In this document: in pieces, positions 55,263-63,844 of the stretch
Layout of the letters: each line of letters opens with the position of its first letter
Numbering within the stretch: the stretch's first letter is position 1
Assembly: GCA_965248995.1 (NCBI GenBank)
Contig: CBDFKY010000006.1
Span: 430,610-494,609, forward strand
Source: Rickettsiales bacterium
GTDB taxonomy: Bacteria > Pseudomonadota > Alphaproteobacteria > Rickettsiales > UBA998
Length of the DNA: 64,000 bases
Direction: 5' to 3'
Program-made: the position numbers and the translations under genes
Notes under the pieces: generated by a model
Databases searched by the model: none
Told to the model about the DNA's origin: nothing
The model's input: only the letters and a program-made list of their open reading frames with translations

Positions 55263-56663
55263 ATGCGTACCATCTTTAACAAAACCTCGCTCATCGTCGC
55301 CGTATTCGTCATGACAATGGCATGCTCCGCCCTCCTGCATCCCGCGGCAGCGCTCAGCTACAACGGGCCCACAGGCGCCGTGCAGTGCGATGTTGGAGAT
55401 TCTTCCTTCGCGGTGAAAGTCGTGTACTGCGTGAAACTCGCCGTCTTTACCACCACCCAGACCTTTCTGGCACAAACCAGCGCCGCCATGATTCCGATCG
55501 TCAGCGCGGTGATGGCGCTCAGCATTACCCTGCTCGGCGTGCGTATCGTCACCGGCGAGCGGGATCCGCAGAAGATGGTGTTCGCCATGCTGCTCAAATT
55601 CGGCATCGTCTGGCTGTTCGTCGATAATCTCGGACAACTGGCGTTCGACGGCGGCCTGACCGGCCCGATCTTCCGAACGATGGAGCAGCTGCAGGCGGCG
55701 ATCATACCGACGATGTACCAGAGCGGCACCTGCCAGCTTGGTAACTCGGGACTCTCGGGCAGTTACCTTGATCCCGTCACGTTCGAGCCCTGGGAATATA
55801 TCGATTGTATCTTGGATTACGTGTTCGGATTCGGCGTTCAGGCCAGTATCGCCAGTTCCATCTTCGGATTCATCGGCTCGGCGTTCTTCTCCGGCACGAT
55901 GGGCATGATGGTGTTCACGCTCGGGATATCGCTGGTGCTGTCGCTGGCATTCTTCGCCTTCCGCGCCGTTTATATCGTCCTGCTGTGCTACATCTACGTC
56001 GGTTTCCTGATCGTGCTCTCGCCCCTGTTCATCCCGCTGCTGATGTTCAAGGTGACGGAAGACGCCTTCAACAAATGGCTGTGGAACCTGATCGGCGGTA
56101 TTTTCCAGCCGCTGGTGATGGTGGCGTACCTGGCGCTCGCCATGCCGCTGCTCGATACGATGGTATTCGGTGAGGGCGACCAGTCGCTGGTGAAGACGCT
56201 CGGCAAGGGCAAGGAAATCACCGACAAGTATCGCTTGGCGAGTCCGATCATGCAGGGAAGCATGTCTACCGAATTCGATTTTTTCGATAAACTTTCTCCC
56301 GGGAATATTCTGAAGGATCCGCTGGATTCCACGAAGACGGGCGGGATGGATATGAGTTCCCTGCTGACGTTCAGCAAGGTGGATCTGGGTGAGCAGCAGA
56401 TCCAGGATCTATGGAAAATCGGCATGAGCCTGCTCAGAATTTTAGGTGTGACCTTCCTGATCCTGAGCATCGCGAAATTCATCCCCGAATTGACGGCGCG
56501 TATCGTGGGAGGCGGGTTCTCGCTTTCCGCCGACACGCAGTCGCCCATGCTGTTCGAGACGGCCATTCGCGGCGGACTTCGCAATATGGGCGGGATGGTG
56601 ACGAAAAGCGGCGGCCAGCAATTATCGGGTCTGATGCGCAAAGGGGTTCCGGGCGCGAAGTAA
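55263..56663 (+). CDS. virB6: VirB6/TrbL-like polytopic T4SS membrane protein, paralog b
   Basis: 466 aa from MRTIFNK. The TM-rich core resembles paralogs a and c (e.g. FxFRAVYIVLLCYIYVGFLIVLSPLFIPLLMF vs ALLKASYTYVIALITLTFLFILGAIFMPLIMF). Confidence 0.8.
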   Translation: MRTIFNKTSLIVAVFVMTMACSALLHPAAALSYNGPTGAVQCDVGDSSFAVKVVYCVKLAVFTTTQTFLAQTSAAMIPIVSAVMALSITLLGVRIVTGERDPQKMVFAMLLKFGIVWLFVDNLGQLAFDGGLTGPIFRTMEQLQAAIIPTMYQSGTCQLGNSGLSGSYLDPVTFEPWEYIDCILDYVFGFGVQASIASSIFGFIGSAFFSGTMGMMVFTLGISLVLSLAFFAFRAVYIVLLCYIYVGFLIVLSPLFIPLLMFKVTEDAFNKWLWNLIGGIFQPLVMVAYLALAMPLLDTMVFGEGDQSLVKTLGKGKEITDKYRLASPIMQGSMSTEFDFFDKLSPGNILKDPLDSTKTGGMDMSSLLTFSKVDLGEQQIQDLWKIGMSLLRILGVTFLILSIAKFIPELTARIVGGGFSLSADTQSPMLFETAIRGGLRNMGGMVTKSGGQQLSGLMRKGVPGAK

Positions 56664-56688
56664 AAAGAGTTTTCAAGGAGTGAAGAAC

Positions 56689-57942
56689 ATGTCAGTCAAT
56701 CGTTTATTCGTCCATCTGTTAAGTGTCCTCAGCATAATGGTGCTGCTGGGCATGACGGCAAACTCCGCCCATGCGGCGCCGGTACCGGATGATTTGTTGA
56801 ACAACTGTACGCAAAGTACGTTTTTCGATTACGACAATAACCCCGTCAATCAGGCACAGAATATGCTGCAGTCCGTGGTGGACGAAATCAGCACCGCTGT
56901 GACGGATGCCTCGAACAAATTGTTCAGGGCGTTTACCAGCGACGGAAACTACCAGCCGATCATCACGGCGGCCTTCATGCTGGTGGCGATCTTCTTCGCC
57001 GTCTCCTTCATGTTCGGTTTCGTGACCATGACGCTGGCGCAGGGGGTGATCCGCCTCGCCAAGATAGGCTTTATCGTCTGGATCGCCAGCGACGCCGGAC
57101 TGCAGTTCATGCAGGATTACGTCGTGCGGTTTTTCAACCAGGGCGGGGCGTGGCTGATCAACGCGATGATCAACATCGCCACCACAGGCGCGGTGGGCGA
57201 ACCTTCCACCAGCGTCAGCGCGCCGTTTTCGGTGCTGGACGAGATCATCCGCATCGTGTTCTCACCGCGGATGTTCGTCACCATCATCGGAACCGCTTCT
57301 ACCGGACCCTTCGGGATTCTGGTGACGGGCGCGCTCATCTGGTCGGTATTCTCGATCTTCATGGCGTTGCTGAAAGCATTGCAGATCTATGCGATCTCCA
57401 TCGTGATCAAAGCGGTGCTGCTGGGATTGGCGCCTGTATTCCTGCCGATGATCCTGTTCGACCGCACCAAGCAGATGTTCACCGGCTGGCTGAACCAGCT
57501 GATCAACTTCACGCTGCAGCCTATCCTGCTATTCGCCTTCCTGGCGTTTTTCGCCACGCTGCTCGCTTCGGCCGCCCGTGATATCCTGCCGGTGGATGAT
57601 GTGCATTTATGTTACATGCGTGCCGACAACCAGGCATCCACGCCGTTCGAGACGCGCAACTGGAAATACATGTGCTGCACCGGCGGCGCCTGCCAGCCTT
57701 ACGAAGGCGGATGGACATGGAACGGCCCTACGCACTGCCCGGGCGCGCCTATTTTCCCGATGAATCACATCAATCTGCTTGTGTTTTTACTGCTGACGCA
57801 TATTATGGTGCAACTGACCTCAGTCGCGACCAGTATGGCGACCGAGATTTCTCAAGGCGGTCTCGACCTGGCCAGAATGCCGAACGCGGTGAATGACTGG
57901 TTCGGCGGCATGAGTCTGGGCGGAGGGGGCAAGGGGGGGTAA
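56689..57942 (+). CDS. virB6: VirB6/TrbL-like polytopic T4SS membrane protein, paralog c
   Basis: ATG lies 8 nt after AAGGAG. It has a signal peptide ...ANSAHA, the core MALLKALQIYAISIVIKAVLLGLAPVFLPMILF, and a Cys-rich periplasmic segment. Confidence 0.75.
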   Translation: MSVNRLFVHLLSVLSIMVLLGMTANSAHAAPVPDDLLNNCTQSTFFDYDNNPVNQAQNMLQSVVDEISTAVTDASNKLFRAFTSDGNYQPIITAAFMLVAIFFAVSFMFGFVTMTLAQGVIRLAKIGFIVWIASDAGLQFMQDYVVRFFNQGGAWLINAMINIATTGAVGEPSTSVSAPFSVLDEIIRIVFSPRMFVTIIGTASTGPFGILVTGALIWSVFSIFMALLKALQIYAISIVIKAVLLGLAPVFLPMILFDRTKQMFTGWLNQLINFTLQPILLFAFLAFFATLLASAARDILPVDDVHLCYMRADNQASTPFETRNWKYMCCTGGACQPYEGGWTWNGPTHCPGAPIFPMNHINLLVFLLLTHIMVQLTSVATSMATEISQGGLDLARMPNAVNDWFGGMSLGGGGKGG

Positions 57943-58010
57943 TTTGTCAGTGAAATAATATAACGGGCGTTCAGACGGCCAGAAGCAAGTGAATCATCAA
58001 GGATAGCGTT

Positions 58011-58205
58011 ATGATCCAGTTTAACCCTCTACGCAGTTTGGCCATCCGCCACTGGCGGGCTCTGTTTTCCTTACTTCTGGTGTGCGGCAGCCTGGCTGCC
58101 TGCGGAGATCTGGGGGAAAGGGAAGATCTCACCAGTCCCTGCGCCGGTACGGACGGCAGCCCCTGCGGACCACGCCGCGCGGTCAATGACTGGTGGCTGA
58201 CGTAA
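58011..58205 (+). CDS. Small lipoprotein in the VirB7 position
   Basis: 64 aa with the lipobox SLAAC. The mature peptide of about 35 aa has paired Cys and the ending RRAVNDWW. It directly follows the virB6 paralogs, as virB7 does in virB operons. Confidence 0.45.
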   Translation: MIQFNPLRSLAIRHWRALFSLLLVCGSLAACGDLGEREDLTSPCAGTDGSPCGPRRAVNDWWLT

Positions 58206-58295
58206 GCGAATAAAGACAACGCTGAAAAGCTTGTTTCTATTGTTGCAGGGATTGAGCCGTCAATTCATCAGGATCTTAGAGACACTACGAACGTA

Positions 58296-58709
58296 CTACA
58301 CGCTTTGCGTCCATGATTTTGACTTGTTTTGAGAAACATACAGACCGGATCCTAGAAATTGGACACCCGCCTGTGCTAAAATCTGCAGATTATTTCTCCC
58401 TCCGACATAGATTTCCGTCTCGCCCCGAGGTTTATGTTCATCGGCGCCCGAATTGAATGTGGCATTGTTAACGTCCAGCTCCTTGAGGGAATCACGGTAC
58501 GTTTTGTAATTACGTTTATCGCAGGTACAAAAAATCTCGCTGTAATCCATGCCATGCGTCCAGTGAAGAGAACTCAGGTTCGCCGCCGCCACCGATTTTC
58601 TTTCATCCGGGCTCAGTTCGTCTTTATAGTGTTTCCGAATAATTTCCGTACGGAAATTTTCGGATAAAAACACTATAAAATATATGGTTATAGTCATTTT
58701 ATCCGACAA
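58296..58709 (-). CDS. Hypothetical protein (AT-rich; the 5' end lies inside repeat copy 2, so the true start is uncertain)
   Basis: 137-aa ORF with a TTG start inside the repeat. No family recognised. Confidence 0.3.
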   Translation of the reverse strand: MSDKMTITIYFIVFLSENFRTEIIRKHYKDELSPDERKSVAAANLSSLHWTHGMDYSEIFCTCDKRNYKTYRDSLKELDVNNATFNSGADEHKPRGETEIYVGGRNNLQILAQAGVQFLGSGLYVSQNKSKSWTQSV

Positions 58710-58741
58710 AAACCGTACGGTTTTTAATCGGAATGACTATA
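58625..58741. repeat. TATAG-bounded double-hairpin repeat (117 bp), copy 2
   Basis: Same orientation as 15872-15989 and identical to it except for one T in a T-run. Confidence 0.85.
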
Positions 58742-58898
58742 TTATGCATGGCTTTGCCCTTCAATACCGTTTGCTGCCGTGATCGGCAGCCGTCATTTAT
58801 AACTCATTATAAACGTTAAGAACTTAATTTTTGATTTTTAAAACCATAAGACGGTATGATTTCTATCATTATTGAAAGCTTTTTAAAGGATTCCGTCG

Positions 58899-59648
58899 TC
58901 AGGTGCACGTGATCGTAATCGACATCTGCTGCGCAGGTTCGCCCAGGATAACATGGTTTTGACCGGGCATCAGCAACGCCTTACCCGTCACCTCACCCCG
59001 GCCGATGCTTTTGTCGTTGACGATACTCCGCCAGCGGCTTCCGTGATCCACCAGATAAATTCCGTCTTCCTGATGTTCGATGGCGCAATGCTCATAACTG
59101 ATATTCATCGGTGGAGAAGGGCAGGCTATCTCTAAATTACGACGGCCCGGGGGCTTTTTGCCCTGTTCATACCCACCGATGGTGAAAGGCAGGTTAGCCG
59201 TATAAATGGTGCAGGGCTGCATCAGAGCGACCATCATTTCACTTGCGGGACTGATCTGGAGACTGTTGATCGCATGGCCGAGCAGCACGGTGGCGCGGGT
59301 TTTTTCCGCGAGCCGCCGGTTCATTTCGCGCAGTCGCCTGACGAGCGCCGACGTGAAAGGCTGCAGCAGCGCAGGAGCCTGCGCAAGTAACTCCTTCATT
59401 TGTTCCGCGGTAAGTACGTCCACGATGACATGGTCCAATGCCCGGGCACTGGCGGAACGGGTATCGGCCGGTTCGAACAGGGCCATTTCACCGAACACTT
59501 CCCCCGGCTGCAAAATGGCCAGCTCCACTTCACCCTGTGGGGTGGATTTCAGAATCTGTACGCGGCCTGATCGGATGATGCACGCATATTCCCCGATGGT
59601 GCCTTCGCTGAAAATAAGCTCTCCGGCTAGCACTTCATACGCTTGCAT
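58899..59648 (-). CDS. Cyclic-nucleotide-binding domain protein with a C-terminal FHA-like domain
   Basis: CAP_ED pattern GEVFGEMALFEPADTRSASARA. FHA-like LPFTIGG...ISYEHCAIEHQEDGIYLVDHGSRWRSIVND..., in which the canonical GR arginine is replaced (GG). Confidence 0.75.
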   Translation of the reverse strand: MQAYEVLAGELIFSEGTIGEYACIIRSGRVQILKSTPQGEVELAILQPGEVFGEMALFEPADTRSASARALDHVIVDVLTAEQMKELLAQAPALLQPFTSALVRRLREMNRRLAEKTRATVLLGHAINSLQISPASEMMVALMQPCTIYTANLPFTIGGYEQGKKPPGRRNLEIACPSPPMNISYEHCAIEHQEDGIYLVDHGSRWRSIVNDKSIGRGEVTGKALLMPGQNHVILGEPAQQMSITITCT

Positions 59649-59751
59649 AACGATTCCCCAGACTGATCACCTCCAAACTTATCATCGCTTAAGTTAAGAA
59701 ATGCTGGATTTTGCTCTATTAAAATAGAATTTGTACAAAGTTTGAGACGGT

Positions 59752-59784
59752 AAAAAACGCCGAGATACAAGATCTCGGCGTTTT
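59752..59784 (-). terminator. Rho-independent terminator downstream of the flp pilin gene
   Basis: AAAAAA-CGCCGAGAT-ACAA-GATCTCGGCG-TTTT. On the minus strand the stem is followed by TTTTTT. Confidence 0.7.
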
Positions 59785-59844
59785 CATTTTCAACCATCTA
59801 TTATAACAGAAAAGTTTTAAGTTTTTCTATTAACAAACAGCTGA

Positions 59845-60030
59845 TCAACCACCTTTCACGGTGTTATTCTTTTGCAATTCTTCCCCGACGTTATTGAAGG
59901 TGGTTTGCAGTTGTCCACCAAGAAGCTTAAGGCCAACAATAGCGGCGATGGAAACGAGAGCGGCGATCAGACCGTATTCGATAGCGGTCGCACCGGATTC
60001 GTCGCGAAGCAGATTTGAGAAATGTTTCAT
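59845..60030 (-). CDS. flp: Flp/Fap-family type IVb pilin
   Basis: 61 aa with the Flp motif DESGATAIEYGLIAALVSIAAIV. Confidence 0.85.
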   Translation of the reverse strand: MKHFSNLLRDESGATAIEYGLIAALVSIAAIVGLKLLGGQLQTTFNNVGEELQKNNTVKGG

Positions 60031-60124
60031 AAGTTAAGTCTCCAAGTAACAAGTTGTTAAAAACACGCTGTATCCCAGCTAAGAGTTACCATAGCAAAAT
60101 TCAGGCACCCCTGCAAGTATTACT

Positions 60125-61150
60125 TTATAAAAAGTGAGGAGGGGTTGCGATTACTTCAGCGGATGAGCATTTTTTACCGGGGTTGTTACCTGTCTGCCAC
60201 TCAACGCCTTTCAACAGCCGACTCGCCTGCCCGATATCGCGCCCGATCTGCCGCATCAGTTCCGCAGTCGAATCGAAACTCTTTTCGTCGCGCAGGTGTT
60301 CCACCAGCCGCACGCGCAGCCGCCTGCCGTACAGGTCACCTACTTGACCAAACCCATGCAGTTCCAGCAGCGGCGCGCTTTTCGCTCCGAACGTCGGTTT
60401 GACGCCGATATTCGCCACGCCGTCCTGCCACTTCCTTTCTCCGGAGCTCTCCTCACCGCCGAAGCGGGCCGCATAGACGCCGTAGCGCGGCACGTGCAGC
60501 CCGCCCAGCGCGAGGTTGGCGGTCGGCACCTGCATTTCGCGGCCCCGCTTATCCCCATGGATCACACGCCCGAAAATTTCATAGGGCCTGCCCAGCAGTG
60601 CTTCCGCTTCTGCAGGATTTCCCTCGCTCAAGGCGGTGCGAATCCGTGTGGAGGAGATCGGCGACCCATCTTTCATGACGGGGAGAACATACGTGCAGCC
60701 GAAGCGGTGGCGCACCGCCTGATCCTGCAGGAAGCGGATATCGCCTTGCCGCCTGTGGCCGAAATGAAAATCTTCTCCCACCACCACGTGCGTCACACCG
60801 AGCGTTTCCACCAGTAATTTCTCAACGAACGATTCCGCTTTTATTGCGGCAAAGGAAGCGTTGAAACGTGCCAGCATCACTCCGTGCAGGTGCATCTCTC
60901 TCATGCGCAGCAGGCGTAATCGCAGCGGCTCGATATGTCCCGGAGCGGTTTGTGGTGAGAAATACTGCCGGGGATGGGGTGTAAACGTCATGGCGATGCA
61001 TGGTTTTCCCTTACCCCGCGCCACTGCCAGCGCCTGTTCCAGTACGGCCCTGTGGCCGAGATGCATCCCGTCGAAATTGCCGATCGCCAGTACGCATCCC
61101 TTAAAAGGCAGCGGAGCGGACAGGTCACGGAATATATGCATGGCAGTCAA
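60125..61150 (-). CDS. ribF: Bifunctional riboflavin kinase / FMN adenylyltransferase
   Basis: GNFDGMHLGHRAVL, and a riboflavin kinase domain (GRVIHGDKRGREMQVPTANL). Confidence 0.9.
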   Translation of the reverse strand: MTAMHIFRDLSAPLPFKGCVLAIGNFDGMHLGHRAVLEQALAVARGKGKPCIAMTFTPHPRQYFSPQTAPGHIEPLRLRLLRMREMHLHGVMLARFNASFAAIKAESFVEKLLVETLGVTHVVVGEDFHFGHRRQGDIRFLQDQAVRHRFGCTYVLPVMKDGSPISSTRIRTALSEGNPAEAEALLGRPYEIFGRVIHGDKRGREMQVPTANLALGGLHVPRYGVYAARFGGEESSGERKWQDGVANIGVKPTFGAKSAPLLELHGFGQVGDLYGRRLRVRLVEHLRDEKSFDSTAELMRQIGRDIGQASRLLKGVEWQTGNNPGKKCSSAEVIATPPHFL

Positions 61151-61300
61151 AATAGGGCGGGGAGGGGATATTGTATAGTGTCATTTCGCTTCGCAGTCCT
61201 CCAAGTCAAGAAAACGTTCCGTTTTTTGCTTCAATAAAAATACCGTGATGCGCAGCTGAAATTTTTTCATCCCTTCTGGCGCCCGTTTAGTTTCTCCGCT

Positions 61301-61762
61301 ATGAAAACAGGAAAATTGAGTCGGGATCAGGCGATGCGCGGGATACTATATTTTTGTGGAATCATGTTTCTATTCCTTTCAGCGGACGCCGGCGCCGTAC
61401 CGCTTAAGGTGCAGCTTGATAACGGCGCGGTGCGGTTCGACGTGGAAATAGCCCGCACGGAAAATGAGCAGGAGCGCGGCCTGATGTACCGTACCCGTCT
61501 GGCTGAGCGCACCGGGATGCTGTTCATCTATGACCTGCCGCCGCATATCGTGCATATGTGGATGCGCAATACGCTGATCGGGCTGGATATGCTGTTCATC
61601 GACGAGCACGGGGTCATCGTGAACATGAAAGAGAACGCCAAACCGCAGGATGAAACGGTGATTTCCTCGCGCTACAACGTGACGTCCGTGCTGGAGATTG
61701 CGGCGGGAAGCGCAAAAAACTATGGTATTTCGGTAGGTAATACCGTATCGCTGGAGCCATGA
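61301..61762 (+). CDS. DUF192-family periplasmic protein
   Basis: Signal peptide plus RGLMYRTRLAERTGMLFIY...WMRNTLIGLDMLFIDEHGVIV...VLEIAAG. Confidence 0.75.
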   Translation: MKTGKLSRDQAMRGILYFCGIMFLFLSADAGAVPLKVQLDNGAVRFDVEIARTENEQERGLMYRTRLAERTGMLFIYDLPPHIVHMWMRNTLIGLDMLFIDEHGVIVNMKENAKPQDETVISSRYNVTSVLEIAAGSAKNYGISVGNTVSLEP

Positions 61763-62481
61763 AACGGGTGATACGCGGAAAAATACTGTTCGTCCTGACG
61801 GTGCTGCTGTTCAGCGTCTGCGCGGGCGCATCCGTCGCAGCACAGGCGAAGGCGCACCGTAGCCATAAGCCGGTCAAACCGAGTGACGCCGTCATCTTCA
61901 CCCGTGACAGCCTGTTCATCGAATCCACCGTGAAGATTCCGGTGACGCGTCCGGCCGCCGTGGTTCCGTCGAACGATCCCGCGAAGGCGACGGCGAATGC
62001 ATCCGCGGATCAGCCGACCAATACCAACGCGGTCACCAGAGGTGATAAATCGGCAGCGCCGGAGGTGGCCAGACCTGCCGCACCCGCCATGGTGCACGAG
62101 GTGGTCGAAGCCAAGAAAAAGCACCAGTTTTTCGTCACCGTCAACAATGCCGACGCGATGGAGACGGACTGGATCGTCGATGTGAGCGAGATACGCGAGG
62201 ATTTCGGCGTGCTGTACGTGTTCAACAAGCCGTCCCCGGCCACGATTCCCCCTTCGGAGTCCGAGCAGCATTACGATATCCTGTTCATCGGCAGTTACGG
62301 GAATATCATCACGATCGCCCAGAATATCGCCAGCGCTTCGCTCGCGGAGCCGATCGAGGTCAGGACCCCCGTCAAAGCATTGCTTTATCTGGCGGGCGGC
62401 AGCGTGAAGAAGCTCGGTATTTCACTGAAAGACCGTGTGCTGCACCCGCTGTTTCCCACTCCTCCGAACATTACCAGTTAA
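61759..62481 (+). CDS. Secreted protein with a diverged DUF192-like C-terminal half
   Basis: ATGA overlap with the previous gene. It has a signal peptide and a low-complexity Ala/Pro region. The C-terminus (YDILFIGSYGNIITI...ALLYLAGGSVKKLGISLKDRV) resembles DUF192. Confidence 0.5.
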   Translation: MKRVIRGKILFVLTVLLFSVCAGASVAAQAKAHRSHKPVKPSDAVIFTRDSLFIESTVKIPVTRPAAVVPSNDPAKATANASADQPTNTNAVTRGDKSAAPEVARPAAPAMVHEVVEAKKKHQFFVTVNNADAMETDWIVDVSEIREDFGVLYVFNKPSPATIPPSESEQHYDILFIGSYGNIITIAQNIASASLAEPIEVRTPVKALLYLAGGSVKKLGISLKDRVLHPLFPTPPNITS

Positions 62482-63840
62482 ATGGCTGGCATGGCTGGTT
62501 TTCCGATCCTTCTTTATAATACTTTGAGTCGCCGTAAAGAGCCGGTGGGAGAAAAAACATTCCTCGGGATGTATGTCTGCGGCCCGACGGTGTATGACCG
62601 CCCGCATCTCGGCAATGCACGGTCGGTGGTGGTATATGACGTGCTGTTCCGCCTGCTGCGGCATTGTTACGGGCCTGAGCAGGTGACGTATGTCCGCAAC
62701 ATCACCGATGTGGACGACAAGATCAACGCCCGGGCGCGCGAGAGAGGAATCGCCATCCATACGCTCACGCAGGAAGTTACGGCGGCTTTCCACCACAACG
62801 TGGAAGCGCTCGGCTGCCTGCCGCCGACGATCGAACCGCGCGCCACCCATCATATCGCGGAAATGATCGAGATGACGGAGCGCCTGATTGCCGGAGGATA
62901 TGCTTACGTCGATGCGGGGCATGTCCTGTTCAACGTCACCAGCCCTTCGCACGGGAACTGGCGGTACGGCATCCTCTCTCGCCGCAACGCCGAAGAACAG
63001 GAAGCCGGCGCGAGGGTGGCGGTGGAGAGTTACAAGCGTCATCCGGGCGATTTCGTCCTGTGGAAACCGGCGGACGCGCAGGATGACGCCTCCTCCGTGT
63101 TCGAAAGCCCCTGGGGAAGAGGGAGGCCCGGCTGGCATATCGAATGTTCGGCGATGGCGACGCGTTATCTGGGCGCGGATTTCGATATTCACGGCGGCGG
63201 CGCCGACCTGATGTTCCCGCACCATGAAAACGAAATCGCCCAGTCCTGCTGTGCGCATCCGGCGAGCAGTTACGCCCGCCTGTGGGTGCATAACGGTTTC
63301 CTGACGGTGAACGGTGAGAAAATGTCCAAATCGCTCGGCAATTTCATCACCGTGCATGACCTGCTGGAGCGCGGGGTGCGCGGCGAGGTGATCCGCTTCG
63401 CCCTGATGAGCACGCAGTATGCCAAGCCGCTCGACTGGACGGAGAAGCTACTGGAAGATTCCGCCAAACAGCTGGAAAAGTTCTACCGTACTATGGGCGG
63501 CGTGCCTCAGCGGCCGGAGGTTTCTTCAGAACTGGTCGACGCCCTGGCGGATGACATGAACGTCCCGAAAGCATTGTCGCTACTGCACGGAATGCCCGCC
63601 GACCAATTAAAGGCGAGCGGCGCGCTGCTCGGAATATTGCAATCGGATACAGGCGCATGGTCGGATAAACGTACGGCGAAACCGTCGGAAATCGACGGCG
63701 TGGATATCGCGGCCCGGGTGGTGGCCCGCACTGCCGCAAAACAGGCGAAGGACTGGACGGAAGCGGACAGGATCCGGGGCGAACTTCAGGCGATGGGGAT
63801 TACGTTGAAGGATCATCCCGACGGCACCACGACGTGGTAA
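62482..63840 (+). CDS. cysS: Cysteine--tRNA ligase
   Basis: Class I motifs HLGNARS (HIGH) and KMSKSLGN (KMSKS), plus zinc ligands. Confidence 0.95.
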   Translation: MAGMAGFPILLYNTLSRRKEPVGEKTFLGMYVCGPTVYDRPHLGNARSVVVYDVLFRLLRHCYGPEQVTYVRNITDVDDKINARARERGIAIHTLTQEVTAAFHHNVEALGCLPPTIEPRATHHIAEMIEMTERLIAGGYAYVDAGHVLFNVTSPSHGNWRYGILSRRNAEEQEAGARVAVESYKRHPGDFVLWKPADAQDDASSVFESPWGRGRPGWHIECSAMATRYLGADFDIHGGGADLMFPHHENEIAQSCCAHPASSYARLWVHNGFLTVNGEKMSKSLGNFITVHDLLERGVRGEVIRFALMSTQYAKPLDWTEKLLEDSAKQLEKFYRTMGGVPQRPEVSSELVDALADDMNVPKALSLLHGMPADQLKASGALLGILQSDTGAWSDKRTAKPSEIDGVDIAARVVARTAAKQAKDWTEADRIRGELQAMGITLKDHPDGTTTW

Positions 63841-63844
63841 CATC

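Noticed and set aside
58296-58709. A possible ADP-ribosyltransferase: the GETEIYVGG resembles the ExE motif, with YRDS and NSG as R and S motifs.
   Set aside because: The three putative motifs lie within about 35 residues of each other, far too compact for the R-S-ExE fold, and the S motif is not STS-like.
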